NCBI GenBank assembly: GCA_963828465.1
Contig: CAWHEU010000020.1
Span: 96,001 to 160,000 of the forward strand
Length of the DNA: 64,000 bases
Source of the DNA: an uncultured Acidobacteriota bacterium
GTDB taxonomy: Bacteria > Actinomycetota > Acidimicrobiia > Spongiisociales > ZC4RG35
Direction: 5' to 3'
How positions within the stretch are numbered: the first letter of the stretch is position 1; each line of letters begins with the position of its first letter. Below the pieces are notes generated by a model. It searched no databases. It saw only the letters and a list, made by a program, of their open reading frames with translations, and was not told the origin of the DNA. Shown here in pieces: positions 1 through 10,845 of the stretch. The position numbers and the translations under genes were made by a program.

Positions 1-147
1 GCCGCCGGTCTGGACACGGTATGGATCGACCGTCAGCGCCTTTCGGCCGGAGGCGAGTGGGGTGCAACCACTCCCATCGAGGACCCTCCAGAGCCTGACC
101 ACATATTCTTCTCCATGGCTGACATGGCTCGTGCCGTCGCCGCTTGA
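1..147 (+). CDS. C-terminal fragment of a HAD-family hydrolase (haloacid dehalogenase type II-like), truncated by the window edge
   Basis: Frame 1 reads AAGLDTVWIDRQR...GAT...PDHIFFSMADMARAVAA*, a typical HAD C-terminus. Confidence 0.7.
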   Translation, partial: AAGLDTVWIDRQRLSAGGEWGATTPIEDPPEPDHIFFSMADMARAVAA

Positions 148-173
148 CGATCCCACGGATACGATTCGACCCG

Positions 174-938
174 ATGACGGACCGGACTGCGATGATTCGC
201 CCCGTTCCCGATTCTTTCCAACGGGCCCTTGTTCGTCACGGCCGACCCAGCATCGATGTACGACTGGCCAAGGCCCAGCACAAGGAGTACCACCGCCTCC
301 TGGAGGAGTCGGGGCACACCGTCCGCGTCGTACCGACCGACTTCGACCATCCCGATTCTCTGTTCATCGAGGACACGGCCGTGATCCTGGGCACGATCGC
401 CATCATCACGCGCATGGGAGCTGAATCACGTCGAGGCGAGACACCACCGGTGGCGCAAGCACTATCCAAAAGCTTTGATGTCGGAGAAATCCGCTCTCCA
501 GGAACCCTCGATGGGGGCGACGTGTTCATCCTCGGAGACTCGGTCTACGTCGGGCGCTCGTCGAGGACGAACGACGATGGCATCGCTCAGCTGCGGGCAG
601 TGGCCCACAATCAGGGTTATGGGGTGGTGATTGTCGACGTCTCGGATGCGCTTCATCTCAAGTCGGCGGTTCTCCCCGTCGACAGGGAGACCGTCGTGGT
701 CACACCGCGGAGTGTGGACGAGAGCAAGCTCGGAGGGCTTCGAGTCCTCTACGAGGACGACGGCGAACGTCATCGGTTCAGTGCCTTGCCTCTCGGTGGG
801 GGTTCTGTCTTGGTCACCGCAAATGCACCGGCCACGGCGACGGCCGTCGCCTCCTTAGACCATCAGATCATTCCGATCGACGTCTCCCAGATCCAGGCGG
901 CCGACGGGGGCCTGACCTGCATGTCGATCATCTTCTGA
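174..938 (+). CDS. Dimethylarginine dimethylaminohydrolase / amidinotransferase family
   Basis: [18 protein letters not shown] and the C-terminal catalytic GGLTCMS; ATG 174 preferred over the ORF start at 144. Confidence 0.85.
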   Translation: MTDRTAMIRPVPDSFQRALVRHGRPSIDVRLAKAQHKEYHRLLEESGHTVRVVPTDFDHPDSLFIEDTAVILGTIAIITRMGAESRRGETPPVAQALSKSFDVGEIRSPGTLDGGDVFILGDSVYVGRSSRTNDDGIAQLRAVAHNQGYGVVIVDVSDALHLKSAVLPVDRETVVVTPRSVDESKLGGLRVLYEDDGERHRFSALPLGGGSVLVTANAPATATAVASLDHQIIPIDVSQIQAADGGLTCMSIIF

Positions 939-1035
939 TGTCGAGGGCCACACCGGGGGTGGGTCGATCGCCGACCGAACCGATGATGACGGTTCTGGAC
1001 GTCTTCAAAGTGGTCCGCGAACTGGGACGAGACAT

Positions 1036-2205
1036 GTGAGCCACGACGTCGTCATCGTGGGTGGAGGAGCCATGGGCTCGTCGACCGCCTACCACTTGAT
1101 GAAAGGGGATCCGTCTCTCTCGGTGGTGGTCATTGAACGCGACAGCACCTACGCCCGGGCCTCCACCATCCTCTCGGACGGCAACGTTCGCATCCAGTTC
1201 AACCTCGAAGAGAACATCAGAATGTCCCAATACGCGCTCGATGTTCTGCGGACCTTCGACGACGACATGGCCACGGCGAACTTCCGACCAGACGTTGGTG
1301 CGAGACATCAGGGAAACCTGTTCCTCGCCGACGAGACGGGGAAGGCCGCAGCCTTGAACGGGATCGACACGCAGAGAAACCTGGGCTGTGAGGTGACCTG
1401 GCTCTCCGGCGAGGAGGTAGAGGGACAATTCCCGGGCCTTCACCTCGAGGGTCTGGTCGGTGGCAGCTTCGCCCAGGTGGACGGGTCGGTCGATCCCAGT
1501 GCCGTCCTGCGTGGCTTTCGGAACAAGGCGGCCGAGCTGGGAGCGCACTACCTCGACGACCAGGTGGTCGAGTTGCTGACCGTCGATGACGTGATGAGCG
1601 GCGTCCGGCTCCGGTCCGGGAAAGATCTGATGAGCTCGGTGGTCGTGAACTGCGCCGGCGCCTGGTCTGCTGATCTCGCCCGGCCATTGGGCGTCGAGTT
1701 ACCCGTCATCCCTCTGATGCGAACCGTCTATGTCGTATCGACCACGGTCCCCACAGCCGGTATGCCCAGCCTCTTCCTCCCCTCCGGGGTCTATGCGATC
1801 CCGGAGAGCGACCGCACCTGGCTCATCGCCTGGTCGCTGCCCGAGGACCCGATCGGCTTCGACTTCACCCCGGCGACGCAGCAGAGATTCATCGACCTGA
1901 TCTGGCCGGAGCTGCACGCTCACCTCCCGGTGTTCGACAGCCTGAAGGTGGAGACTGCATGGGCCGGTCTCTACGACGTGAACACCATGGACGGGAACGC
2001 GATCTTCGGCGAGTGGCCGAGGATCGGAGGTCTCTTTTTGGCTACCGGGTTCTCGGGCCACGGGTTCCAGCAGAGCCCGGCAGTTGGCCGTTACTTGGCC
2101 GAGTTGATCCTGGGCAGGAGCCCAACCATCGATCTTTCGCGGCTCGGAGGGCAAAGGGTTCTCGACAATGAGCCTCTCTACGAGCACGCCGGAAGACTCA
2201 TCTGA
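1036..2205 (+). CDS. FAD-dependent oxidoreductase (DAO / sarcosine oxidase beta family)
   Basis: VIVGGGAMG Rossmann motif, [22 protein letters not shown]. Confidence 0.9.
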   Translation: MSHDVVIVGGGAMGSSTAYHLMKGDPSLSVVVIERDSTYARASTILSDGNVRIQFNLEENIRMSQYALDVLRTFDDDMATANFRPDVGARHQGNLFLADETGKAAALNGIDTQRNLGCEVTWLSGEEVEGQFPGLHLEGLVGGSFAQVDGSVDPSAVLRGFRNKAAELGAHYLDDQVVELLTVDDVMSGVRLRSGKDLMSSVVVNCAGAWSADLARPLGVELPVIPLMRTVYVVSTTVPTAGMPSLFLPSGVYAIPESDRTWLIAWSLPEDPIGFDFTPATQQRFIDLIWPELHAHLPVFDSLKVETAWAGLYDVNTMDGNAIFGEWPRIGGLFLATGFSGHGFQQSPAVGRYLAELILGRSPTIDLSRLGGQRVLDNEPLYEHAGRLI

Positions 2206-2325
2206 ATGCACCCGTGACAGATTGGTCATGAAGGTGTATGTTCGAATCAGTTCGGTTGGATACGTAGGCCGGAAACGGCTGGATCACGAGACCGGCTGAG
2301 CGCCTCACCACGTGAGGCCGCTCCC

Positions 2326-2367
2326 GGGAAGCCCTGTGGGCGGAGACGTCTGCGGGGCTTCTCTCAT
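2326..2367 (+). terminator. Long GC-rich hairpin, terminator-like
   Basis: gggaagccctgtgggcg-GAGA-cgtctgcggggcttctc: 17-bp stem including G-U pairs. Confidence 0.55.
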
Positions 2368-2429
2368 GCACGCGAGGTCTTGACAGGTGGCCCTTGCGGC
2401 GCGACCGTGACGTGATCTGACCGAGGTGT

Positions 2430-2840
2430 GTGGTGACACGTCTGCTCGCTGTGGCGCATCAGACGGCTGAAGCCGATGAATTCCTCGCTGCGGTCCGATC
2501 CGCGGCGCAAAGCGATCACGCCGAGGTGGTTCTCCTCGTTCCCGCCACGCCGGTAAAGCACCTGACCAGTTGGACTCAGGGCGAATCCCGTGCCATCGCT
2601 CGGGAGAAGGCAGACGCCGCCCGTCGTCGGCTCGAGGAGTCTGGGGTATCTGTCGTCGAGGCCAGGGTCGGTGACCCCGACCCATATCAGGCGATCATCG
2701 ATTCGTTGAACCTCGATGACTTCGATCAGATCATTGTCTCCACCTTCCCAGCCGGGATATCGCGATGGCTCGGCGCCGATCTCATCAACCGACTGGGCCG
2801 CTCGGTGTCCGTGCCGGTTACCCACGTTGTGGCTCACTAG
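2430..2840 (+). CDS. Universal stress protein-like small protein
   Basis: LLAVAHQT...GDPDPYQAI...DQIIVSTFP...SRWL...PVTHVV pattern. Confidence 0.75.
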   Translation: MVTRLLAVAHQTAEADEFLAAVRSAAQSDHAEVVLLVPATPVKHLTSWTQGESRAIAREKADAARRRLEESGVSVVEARVGDPDPYQAIIDSLNLDDFDQIIVSTFPAGISRWLGADLINRLGRSVSVPVTHVVAH

Positions 2841-2869
2841 CTTTCGTTCCCCAACACGGCGGTACATGA

Positions 2870-3793
2870 TTGAAGGCTCTGGTCAACAAAGGCGACGGTG
2901 GGATGTCGGTCGAGCTGGGCGAGGTGCCCGAGCCGTCACCGAGCCCGAACGAAGCTCTGGTCGAGGTCCGGGCAGTTGCGGTGAACCGGGGGGAGCTGCG
3001 GCTCCTGAAGGCCAGACCGAGCGGCTGGCAGCCAGGTCAGGACGTGGCAGGTGTCGTCATCGAGCAAGGTGCCAACGGGTCGGGCCTGCCGGTCGGAATG
3101 CGCGTCGTTGCCTGGCCCGAGCAGGCGGGTTGGGCGCAGAAAGTGGCTGTCCCCACCACTCATCTGGCGCATCTCGCCGACCATGTCACCTTTCCTCAGG
3201 CAGCGACCCTTCCCATCGCGGGAATGACCGCGCTCCGTGCCCTCCGGCTCGGCGGTCACTTGGCGGGGAAACGGGTGCTGGTGACCGGAGCGGCCGGCGG
3301 CGTGGGCCGGTTCGCGGTCGAGATGGCGGCTGGGGCGGGGGCGACGGTCACGGGGGTAGCAGCGGACGAGGCACGGGCAATAGGCCTTGAAGAGATCGGG
3401 GCAAGCGGCATCACCTACGAGCTCGACGACCTCGAGGGACCGTTTGACTTCATCCTGGATGCGGCCGGCGGCCGCTCTTTCGAAGCGGCGATCCGACTGA
3501 TTGCGCCTGGAGGCGACATCGTCGTCTATGGGAATTCCTCCGACACCCCGGCACAGGTCTCGTTCAGCGACTTCCGCGGCCACGCCCTGGCCCGGATCAC
3601 TGCCTTCTTCGTCTACGAGAGTGGAGCCCCGCCGACTTTCGGAGAGGATCTCCAGACACTGGCCGACATGGTGGCCGGCGGCCATCTTCATCCCCAGATC
3701 GGACTCGAAGTGCCGTGGACGGAGGCCAACTCCGCGTTCGAGGCACTGGCCAACCGGCAGGTGAATGGGAAGGCCGTGCTGCTGATCGAGTAA
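2870..3793 (+). CDS. MDR-family NADPH:quinone oxidoreductase
   Basis: VLVTGAAGGVG, PGQDVAG, GKAVL. Confidence 0.9.
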   Translation: MKALVNKGDGGMSVELGEVPEPSPSPNEALVEVRAVAVNRGELRLLKARPSGWQPGQDVAGVVIEQGANGSGLPVGMRVVAWPEQAGWAQKVAVPTTHLAHLADHVTFPQAATLPIAGMTALRALRLGGHLAGKRVLVTGAAGGVGRFAVEMAAGAGATVTGVAADEARAIGLEEIGASGITYELDDLEGPFDFILDAAGGRSFEAAIRLIAPGGDIVVYGNSSDTPAQVSFSDFRGHALARITAFFVYESGAPPTFGEDLQTLADMVAGGHLHPQIGLEVPWTEANSAFEALANRQVNGKAVLLIE

Positions 3794-3834
3794 CGGCTAC
3801 CGGTTCTGTCACCCCGGGGATTTACGATCCGATC

Positions 3835-4323
3835 ATGAGCGATTTTCCCGTAGATGTCGTCCGGAGCCAACGTAGAAAGCGGACCGCCCAGGCGTACATG
3901 CGTGAGGGAAAGCTGAAGGTGATGATCCCCTTCGGTCTCGCACCCGACGAAGAGGCGCGGCTGGTGGAGAGCCTCGTCGCCAAGGTCAGTCGGAAGGTCT
4001 CGTCGACCGATATCGACCTGGTGGAGCGAGCGCGTCAGCTCGCCCGGACGTATGGGTTGTCGGAGCCGTCGACGATCGAATGGTCGGATCGACAGACGAC
4101 GAGATGGGGCTCCTGTACGCCGGCAGAGGGAAGCATCCGCGTCTCGAACCGTCTCGCCTCCATGCCTGGCTGGGTTCTCGACTCGGTGCTCGTCCATGAG
4201 ATGGCGCATCTCGAGCAACCCAATCACGGACCGAAATTCAAGGCACTGGTCGGCCGTTACGAGCTGTCGGAGCGAGCCAAGGGGTATCTGATGGCGGTGG
4301 GCGAAGGGCAGGCGACCCCGTAG
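3835..4323 (+). CDS. M48/YgjP-like (DUF45) metallopeptidase
   Basis: RWGSC, VLVHEMAHL (HExxH), NHGPKF. Confidence 0.85.
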   Translation: MSDFPVDVVRSQRRKRTAQAYMREGKLKVMIPFGLAPDEEARLVESLVAKVSRKVSSTDIDLVERARQLARTYGLSEPSTIEWSDRQTTRWGSCTPAEGSIRVSNRLASMPGWVLDSVLVHEMAHLEQPNHGPKFKALVGRYELSERAKGYLMAVGEGQATP

Positions 4324-4338
4324 GCAGAACCGGGCCTG

Positions 4339-4632
4339 TCATTTGAGACGCTCGCTCAAATGGATCGTGACTTCGTCGCCGTCGTCCTTCCCGATGACAT
4401 CACGGAGGGACGCTTTGACCGGGAGTTTGTGCGTGCCGTCGCCCATCGCCATGAACGAGGTCTGGAACTCGACATCGTCGATGGTCCCACGCACCCTGAC
4501 CAGACCGCGGGTCCTGAAGTATTCGACGGAATCGGGCATCACCACGAATGTCCAGCCACCCTCGGCCGGGCTTCTCTGCAACGATGCAGTGAAGGTCTTG
4601 TCGAGCGGGCCCTTCCCGGCGGTCATTGCCAT
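4339..4632 (-). CDS. DUF1905 domain protein
   Basis: GGWTFV...[12 protein letters not shown]...[12 protein letters not shown]. Confidence 0.85.
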   Translation of the reverse strand: MAMTAGKGPLDKTFTASLQRSPAEGGWTFVVMPDSVEYFRTRGLVRVRGTIDDVEFQTSFMAMGDGTHKLPVKASLRDVIGKDDGDEVTIHLSERLK

Positions 4633-5012
4633 ACCCCCACGATTATGGCGATGACGACGAGTTTCAACAGCCAGTCCCCGGCGTGGATCGCGGCCAGCTT
4701 CATCGGCACCTTCTCGTGGTACACGGATCCGATGAGCAGAACAACCGCAATCCCGATCCACAGCAGGAAACCGAGCAGAGCGGCCTGTGCCCAGTCGTCA
4801 ACTCCGATCTGATCGACCAACCAGGCCAACACAAGGGCGAGCACGAGATTTCGGGCCAGCTCGACGATGACATCCCTCGCTGACAGTGACCCGGAATCGG
4901 CGTAGGCAGGGTGCAACAGTGCCAGTTGGCTGCCGAACACTCCGTACCAGACCCCACTGAGGATGAAGGCGGCCACCGCTGCGACGACGACGGCCAGAAA
5001 GTTGAGTTCCAT
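4623..5012 (-). CDS. DUF1761 membrane protein
   Basis: [13 protein letters not shown]...WYG; four hydrophobic helices; IHAGDWL. Confidence 0.8.
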   Translation of the reverse strand: MELNFLAVVVAAVAAFILSGVWYGVFGSQLALLHPAYADSGSLSARDVIVELARNLVLALVLAWLVDQIGVDDWAQAALLGFLLWIGIAVVLLIGSVYHEKVPMKLAAIHAGDWLLKLVVIAIIVGVWQ

Positions 5013-5043
5013 CACGCTCCCTTCGACGCGGCCCGTTGGCAAA

Positions 5044-5073
5044 GTAGACCGCTGGAGGCCTCGGAATTCATCG
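5044..5073 (-). promoter_or_regulatory. ECF sigma (SigG/ECF56-like) promoter for DUF1761-DUF1905
   Basis: Minus strand reads CGATGA-N18-GTCTAC, ~30 nt upstream of the start. Confidence 0.55.
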
Positions 5074-5125
5074 GCGTTCTGCCACCGATCTCACGTTGCC
5101 TCGATCCCGGACGATGATCTAGTCG

Positions 5126-6343
5126 ATGAGGTGGTTCTCGGCGTTTGTGATGGCCACGTTGTTGGCCGTTTTGCCTCCGGGTGGCACGCTTGTCGATAAC
5201 GAGGGGATCGTTCACAAGGGCACGATCGAGGCAATCGCGGCGGATCCCACGCAGCCAACAACGGGAACGCTGCTCCCTGTCGGTGCCAGCTGGAACCCGA
5301 TAATTGCGTCTGAGCCTGCCGGGACGACCTTCATCGTCGAGGCGGGCGTGCATTACGAGCAGACCGCCGATCTGAAGCATGGCGACGTGCTGATCGGCCA
5401 GCCAGGAGCCGTCATGGACGGTCGAGACGTGACCGATTGGGCGGTTCAACCGAACAGTGCCAACAACGTGACCGTCAAAGGTTTGGAGATCCGCAACTAC
5501 AACCCAGACGATCAGTACGCGCCCATCACGGATCGAACCTTTGAAGGCGCGGCGGCGGGCACCGGTTGGACCGTCGAGAACTGCGACCTGCATCACAACA
5601 GCTGGGCCGGATTGGCCCTATCCGACGGGTCGATCGCCCGTAACAACAAGATTCATGACAACGGTGTCATCGGCCTCGCGGTCTCGTGGGTGCGGAGTTC
5701 CGGAGCGCTGGTCGAAGGCAACGAGATCTACGGGAACAACACCACCGGAGCCGACGAGTATTACGAGGCGGGTGGGTCCAAGTTCGGTGAGACGGAGAAT
5801 CTCATCGTCCGTGACAACTTCGTACATGACAACAACGGCCCCGGCTTGTGGACCGACATCGACAACATCAACACCCTCTATGAGAACAATGTCGTCGAGG
5901 GCAATTCGGGTGCAGGCATCTTCCATGAGATCTCATATTCGGCGACGATCCGCAACAACCAGGTTCGGGGCAACGGGTTCCGCAACCGGGGGTGGCTGTG
6001 GGAGGGCGGGATCATGGTCGCCGGTAGCCAGAACGTGGAGATCTACGGGAACATCGTCGAGGACAACTACAACGGGATCACCCTGATCCAGCAGGACCGA
6101 GGATCGGGCGCCATTGGGCCCTACCTCCTGCGGAATGTTTCCGTTCATGACAACACCGTGGTCAGATCGGGAAGGACGGGCGCGGTCCAAGACATGGGTG
6201 ACCAATCCATGTTCACCACCGGGGACATCACCTTCCAGAACAACGACTACGCGAGTGTCGTCGGGTTCTCATGGGCAGACCGATCATTGGCCTGGCGACA
6301 GTGGCAAGGCTACAGAATGGACCTCACGGGGACGATGAAATGA
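5126..6343 (+). CDS. Secreted right-handed parallel beta-helix repeat protein (pectin-lyase-like fold)
   Basis: Signal peptide; repeated Asn-ladder motifs (VEGNEIYGN, RDNFVHDNNGPGLW, IYGNIVEDN). Confidence 0.85.
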   Translation: MRWFSAFVMATLLAVLPPGGTLVDNEGIVHKGTIEAIAADPTQPTTGTLLPVGASWNPIIASEPAGTTFIVEAGVHYEQTADLKHGDVLIGQPGAVMDGRDVTDWAVQPNSANNVTVKGLEIRNYNPDDQYAPITDRTFEGAAAGTGWTVENCDLHHNSWAGLALSDGSIARNNKIHDNGVIGLAVSWVRSSGALVEGNEIYGNNTTGADEYYEAGGSKFGETENLIVRDNFVHDNNGPGLWTDIDNINTLYENNVVEGNSGAGIFHEISYSATIRNNQVRGNGFRNRGWLWEGGIMVAGSQNVEIYGNIVEDNYNGITLIQQDRGSGAIGPYLLRNVSVHDNTVVRSGRTGAVQDMGDQSMFTTGDITFQNNDYASVVGFSWADRSLAWRQWQGYRMDLTGTMK

Positions 6344-6431
6344 GGGTCTAGGCAGGTGCATGGGCTGCCGATAGCCTCTGCGTGCCTGCTCTGAAGCGGC
6401 ATGAGATGGGGCAAGAAGGAGAAACACAACC

Positions 6432-7443
6432 ATGGCTGGGCCTGATATGGGATCCGGTCCGCGTCCTTTTCGACCGGGGGAAATCGCCGAGATCAAGTCC
6501 GAACCGGAGATCCTCGCCACCTTGGATGCGGAGGGAAAGCTCGACGGGCTGCCGTTCATGCCCGAGATGCTCAAGTTCTGCGGTCAAACCGTCACCGTCT
6601 ACAAGCGCGCCGACCGAACCTGTGACGCGATACTTTCTGATGGACAACGTCGGATGCAAGATGCGGTCTTTCTGGCCGATCTCCGTTGCGATGGCGGGGC
6701 CCACGGTGGCTGCCAAGCAGGCTGTTTGATCTTTTGGAAGGAAGCTTGGCTTCGTCGCCCGTCGGAACAGAACAATGTCAGCGGGAGTTCCGGAACCTCA
6801 GGCGAGCAGTTTGATCCTGCAAGCCTTTTTGCGGCCGCTCGACACGTGACGGACAGCGATCCCGCCGCCGAGCGCTTCATGTGTCAAGCGACCGAGATCG
6901 TCCGAGCCACCACCCCGCTTCCGTGGTGGGAACCTTCGCAGTACGTCCGTGAAGTAGCCACAGGCAACGCAGGTGTTATTGAGATGTTCGTCGCCTTGCT
7001 CAAGTGGCTGCTCGTCATGGTCCAGAAGAAGCTCATGGGTGGCAGCACGGTCCCATTGCTGAGGGGGAAACTCTCGAAGACTCCGAGGGAATTGCTCGAC
7101 CTTCGTCCCGGTGAGCTCGTTCGCGTGAAAACGAAGGAGGAGATTGCTCAGACGCTTGGACCGCCGAAACCGCAACCGTGGTCTCACCTTTGACTCCGAG
7201 ATGCTGCGCTACTGCGGAGGTGAGTACCGCGTCCTCCGCCGGGTCAGCCGAATGATCAACGAGGGGACCGGTGAGCTGTTCGAACTACCGGGGGAATGCA
7301 TCGTCTTGGACACCATCACGTGCACCGCGGAATACCATCGTCTATGTCGGCGTAGTCACTACCCGTATTGGCGAGAGATCTGGCTGACCAGGGTGACACA
7401 ACCTGTCGAAATCATCAGCTCGGCGCAATCGAGGGCGCAGTAG
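6432..7443 (+). CDS. Conserved hypothetical protein with two homologous Cys/His-rich domains; frameshift near 7160
   Basis: ORFs 6432-7193 and 7144-7443 join as ...EEIAQTL/DRRNRNRGLTFDSEM; the two halves share RPGE..K..EI..TLD..GL.F..EM..CG...W.E.WL.R. Confidence 0.75.
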
Positions 7444-7487
7444 GTCGGTAAGGCAGGCTCGCAGGGTCGTCGTTCTGCTCGACTTGG

Positions 7488-9407
7488 TTACCGCACGTGA
7501 ACGGCCTGGCGGTACCAGAGCTCGAGGGTGAGCAGTTGCCAGATCTCTTTGGAACGATCGGTCATTCCGCTGCGGTCCTCGTCGATCATGCTGCGGACCG
7601 CTGACTTGTCGAGCATCCCCGAACCGACCAGGTGGCCCAAAGCGACATACTCCTCGACCATCGCCTGAAGGTCGCGCCGGATCCAGGCACGAAGTGGGGC
7701 GCTGAAAAGGCCCTTGGGCCGATAGACAATCTCCTTGGGCAGCCATGGCAGAGAGGCCTCCTTCAGAATCGCTTTCCTCTCCCGACCAACGATCTTGTCG
7801 GAGCCGGGGATGGCGAAGGCGGCTTCAAAGACGTGTTTGTCGACGAATGGCACCCTCACCTCGGTGGAGGCGGCCATGCTGGCCCTGTCGGTATAGGCCA
7901 GATTCAGGCTCGGGAGAAACAACTGGGAGTCGGTGAAACACATCCGGTTGACTTGATCCTCACCGCGGTAGGCCGAGTAAACCTCTCTGTGTTCGTCGAC
8001 CAGGCCGTCCACGCGGACCGCTAATTCCGGAGCGAGCAACTCGCCAAGTTGGGCCTGGTCATAGTGTGCGTAGCTCCTCCGAAAAGCTGCTTCCTCGGGA
8101 AGACCGGCGAAGTCGACGAAACGACGAGCCCAGCGGCTCGAGCGATATCCTCGCTTCTTGCTGGCGACCGGGAGATGCTGAACCGTCGGCTCGATGACCT
8201 TCTGACGGAGCCATCTGGGTGTACTGGCGATAACGAGAGGCGAGCAGAGCCGCATAGTGTTTGCGGTACCCACCGAACAGCTCGTCGGCCCCCATCCCGG
8301 ACAGCAACACCTTGACCCCGGCTTCTCGGGCCGCCTGGCAGATGAGGTAGGCATTTATGGCAGCAGCGTCGCCAATGGGCTCGTCCAAATGATGTACCAG
8401 CTTGGGTAATAGATCGGCCACATCGGGGGCTATTTCGACCTCATGGAGGCGGATCCCGTGCTCCGCGGCGACCTTCTTGGCGTAGGAGAAGTCGTCCGGC
8501 ATGGCCTCGTACCGTTGGTCCTCGTCCCGGAATGAGATCGTGTAGCTGTCGATCTCGGCGTTGTGCTGCTTGGCCATGACGGTGATGAGGCTGGAGTCGA
8601 GACCACCACTGAGGAAAGTCGAGATCGGCACGTCCGCCACCAGGTGGGCCGCTACCGAGTCCTCCATGACCTGACCCAACCGAGACGGCATCAAACCGGT
8701 CTTGCCGGCCGGTCTCACCGGCGGCGGCGGCTGCTGAGACCGGGTCCCAATATCGGTGCACCCGGTGCTGACCGTCAGGACCGATCTCCAACCAGGTCCC
8801 GGGTGCGAGCTTCTGGGTCCCCTCGAACATGCAATGACTCTCGGGCACCCACGAATACATGACCGATGCCACCAGCGCGGTCTCGTCGACCCGGACTTCG
8901 CCCATCATCGGGCGCAGAGCCTTCAACTCCGAGGCGAATGCCAGACTGCCGTGTCGAGCCTGATAGAAGAGTGGCTTGATGCCGAAATGGTCACGGGCCA
9001 GGACGAGTCTGCGGTTCACGGTGTCATAGAGCGCAAAGGCAAACATTCCGCGGAGGCGATCCAGGCTGGCGGGTCCCCACTGACGCCAGGCCTCGAGCAA
9101 TACCTCTGAATCGGAGTGCGTTCGAAACGTGGCCCCACGGGACGAGAGCTCGCTTCTGCAACTGGCGGTAGTTGTAGATCTCGCCGTTGAAAATGAGGAT
9201 CAGACCATCCTTCTCGAACGGCTGATTGGCCGCGCTGGACAGGTCGATGATCGACAGCCGTCGATGACAAAGCCACACCGGTGGGCCCTGGTCCGTCGCT
9301 GTTCCAGTGCCCGGCGGCATCAGGGCCGCGGTGCGCGATGGCCAGCGACACGGCCTCGTGGACCCCCGCATCGAAGGCAAGTTGTAAGTGCCCGCAATGC
9401 CGCACAT
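7488..9407 (-). CDS. asnB: Asparagine synthase (glutamine-hydrolysing)-type amidotransferase, broken by about five frameshifts
   Basis: MCGIAG, HRGPD, HRRLSIID, FNGEIYNY, RDHFGIKPL, LSGGLDSS, GMGADELFGGY and EVRVPF are spread across five listed ORFs. Confidence 0.9.
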
Positions 9408-9556
9408 CGAACAGTCCCCACTCCCGTACGCAGCGGCAATTCTACGCCGACGAGCCCGGTTAACAGATGGGCTGGCTGACCCAGATGGGCCTCTCGCCTG
9501 ATACTGGCGATATCATCCGGACCCGGGCTGAAGGTTGACTCCACCCACCCGATTCG

Positions 9557-10845
9557 GTGAGAGCGCCGGCCACAGAGTCTCGCAGGCCTTCTAGTCTCCC
9601 CGACTGTCGACCACGAGCAACGCCTACGCCACAAACTCCCAGCCGGGATCGTCGACGCTGCTTTGTCGTCGCTGGGTACGTTCGCCGCAGGGCTGGCGGC
9701 GGTACGTTTGCTCGAACCGGCCGAGCTCGGAACCTACTCGGTGATCTTCTCTGCCTTCCTGGTTGGCAGCCTGCTCCCAGCCGAGATCACCTACACGCCA
9801 ATTCAGGTCTCGATGATCAGGCTCGACGTGAATCAGCGATTGGGCGGCATTGTTCACTCGTTGGGGAGCGGGATCCCACCCGCGCTGCTCGGTTGCATTT
9901 TCATCCTTGCGGCCGCAGGTCTCATCTGGTGGCGATCCGATCCAACCGCGGTGATCGAACTGGCCATAACCGGGGTCGGTCTGGCTGTGATCTCCCCAAT
10001 GCAGGACCATCTCCGCAGGGGCTTCCATATCGCCGAGAGGTCCTGGGGAGCGGCATTGATGTCGGGATCGCAGTTGGTGGCGGTCGTCGGTGCCCTTCTC
10101 GTCATGCTTTCGCTGGATATCGCGCCGGCGTGGGCGCCGCTGGGAAGTCTGGCTGTCGCGAACATCGTCTCGCTCGGCTTCGGCCTGGCGCTGTCAAGAC
10201 CGGCATGGCGCGTCCGGCCCGACTGCCCCGGTGGTGACGGTCTCCGGGCGCTGGCTGGCGGCCTCCTCTGTCACCGCCTACGGCGGGACACTGGTGGCAT
10301 CGGTGGTGATGACGCTCGTGGCTGGCCCAGAGATCGTTGGGTTCGCTGAGGCTGCTCGGGTGGCCGCCCAACCGGTCCTGGTTGTCACGACCGGGGTCGC
10401 GGCCGCACTGGCCTCGAGACATCTCCGAGCGGCGGCCTCGGCGGATCGAGCAGCAGCGATTTCCGTCAACAAGTCCTTCTTCCTGGTGATATCGGTGGCC
10501 GGGATCAGCTATCTCTTCTTCGCCGGGTTCGCGTGGAGCTTCAATCCGCTGTTCGCGCTGATCCCCACCGCCTACGACATTGCTTTCCTCATCCCGGTAA
10601 CCATTCTCTCCAACCTCGTGCTCAGCATCACGTCCCCGATTCGCGATCAATTGATTGCGTCCAACATGGAAGAGCCGATGGCGAAAATCGATTTCGCCTC
10701 GTTGGCGATCCCCACCGTCGTGGCGGCCACTGCCGGCTTGACCGGTGCCTTTGCCCGGCCGTTGGGGATCATCGGGCAGAGCGTCTTTCGAACGATCCGC
10801 TATCGGTCGATCTGGAGAGCAGCGTTCGCCGCGGGCTCAGAATAG
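9557..10845 (+). CDS. Wzx-like polysaccharide flippase, frameshifted (~9600 and ~10225); start uncertain
   Basis: Multi-TM ORFs 9663-10349 and 10090-10845 in different frames; DAALSSLGTF...LEPAELGTYS, typical of RfbX/MATE-like flippases. Confidence 0.7.

Noticed and set aside
2229-2255. LexA/SOS box
   Set aside because: Only half-sites (atgttcga); spacing does not fit CGAAC-N4-GTTCG
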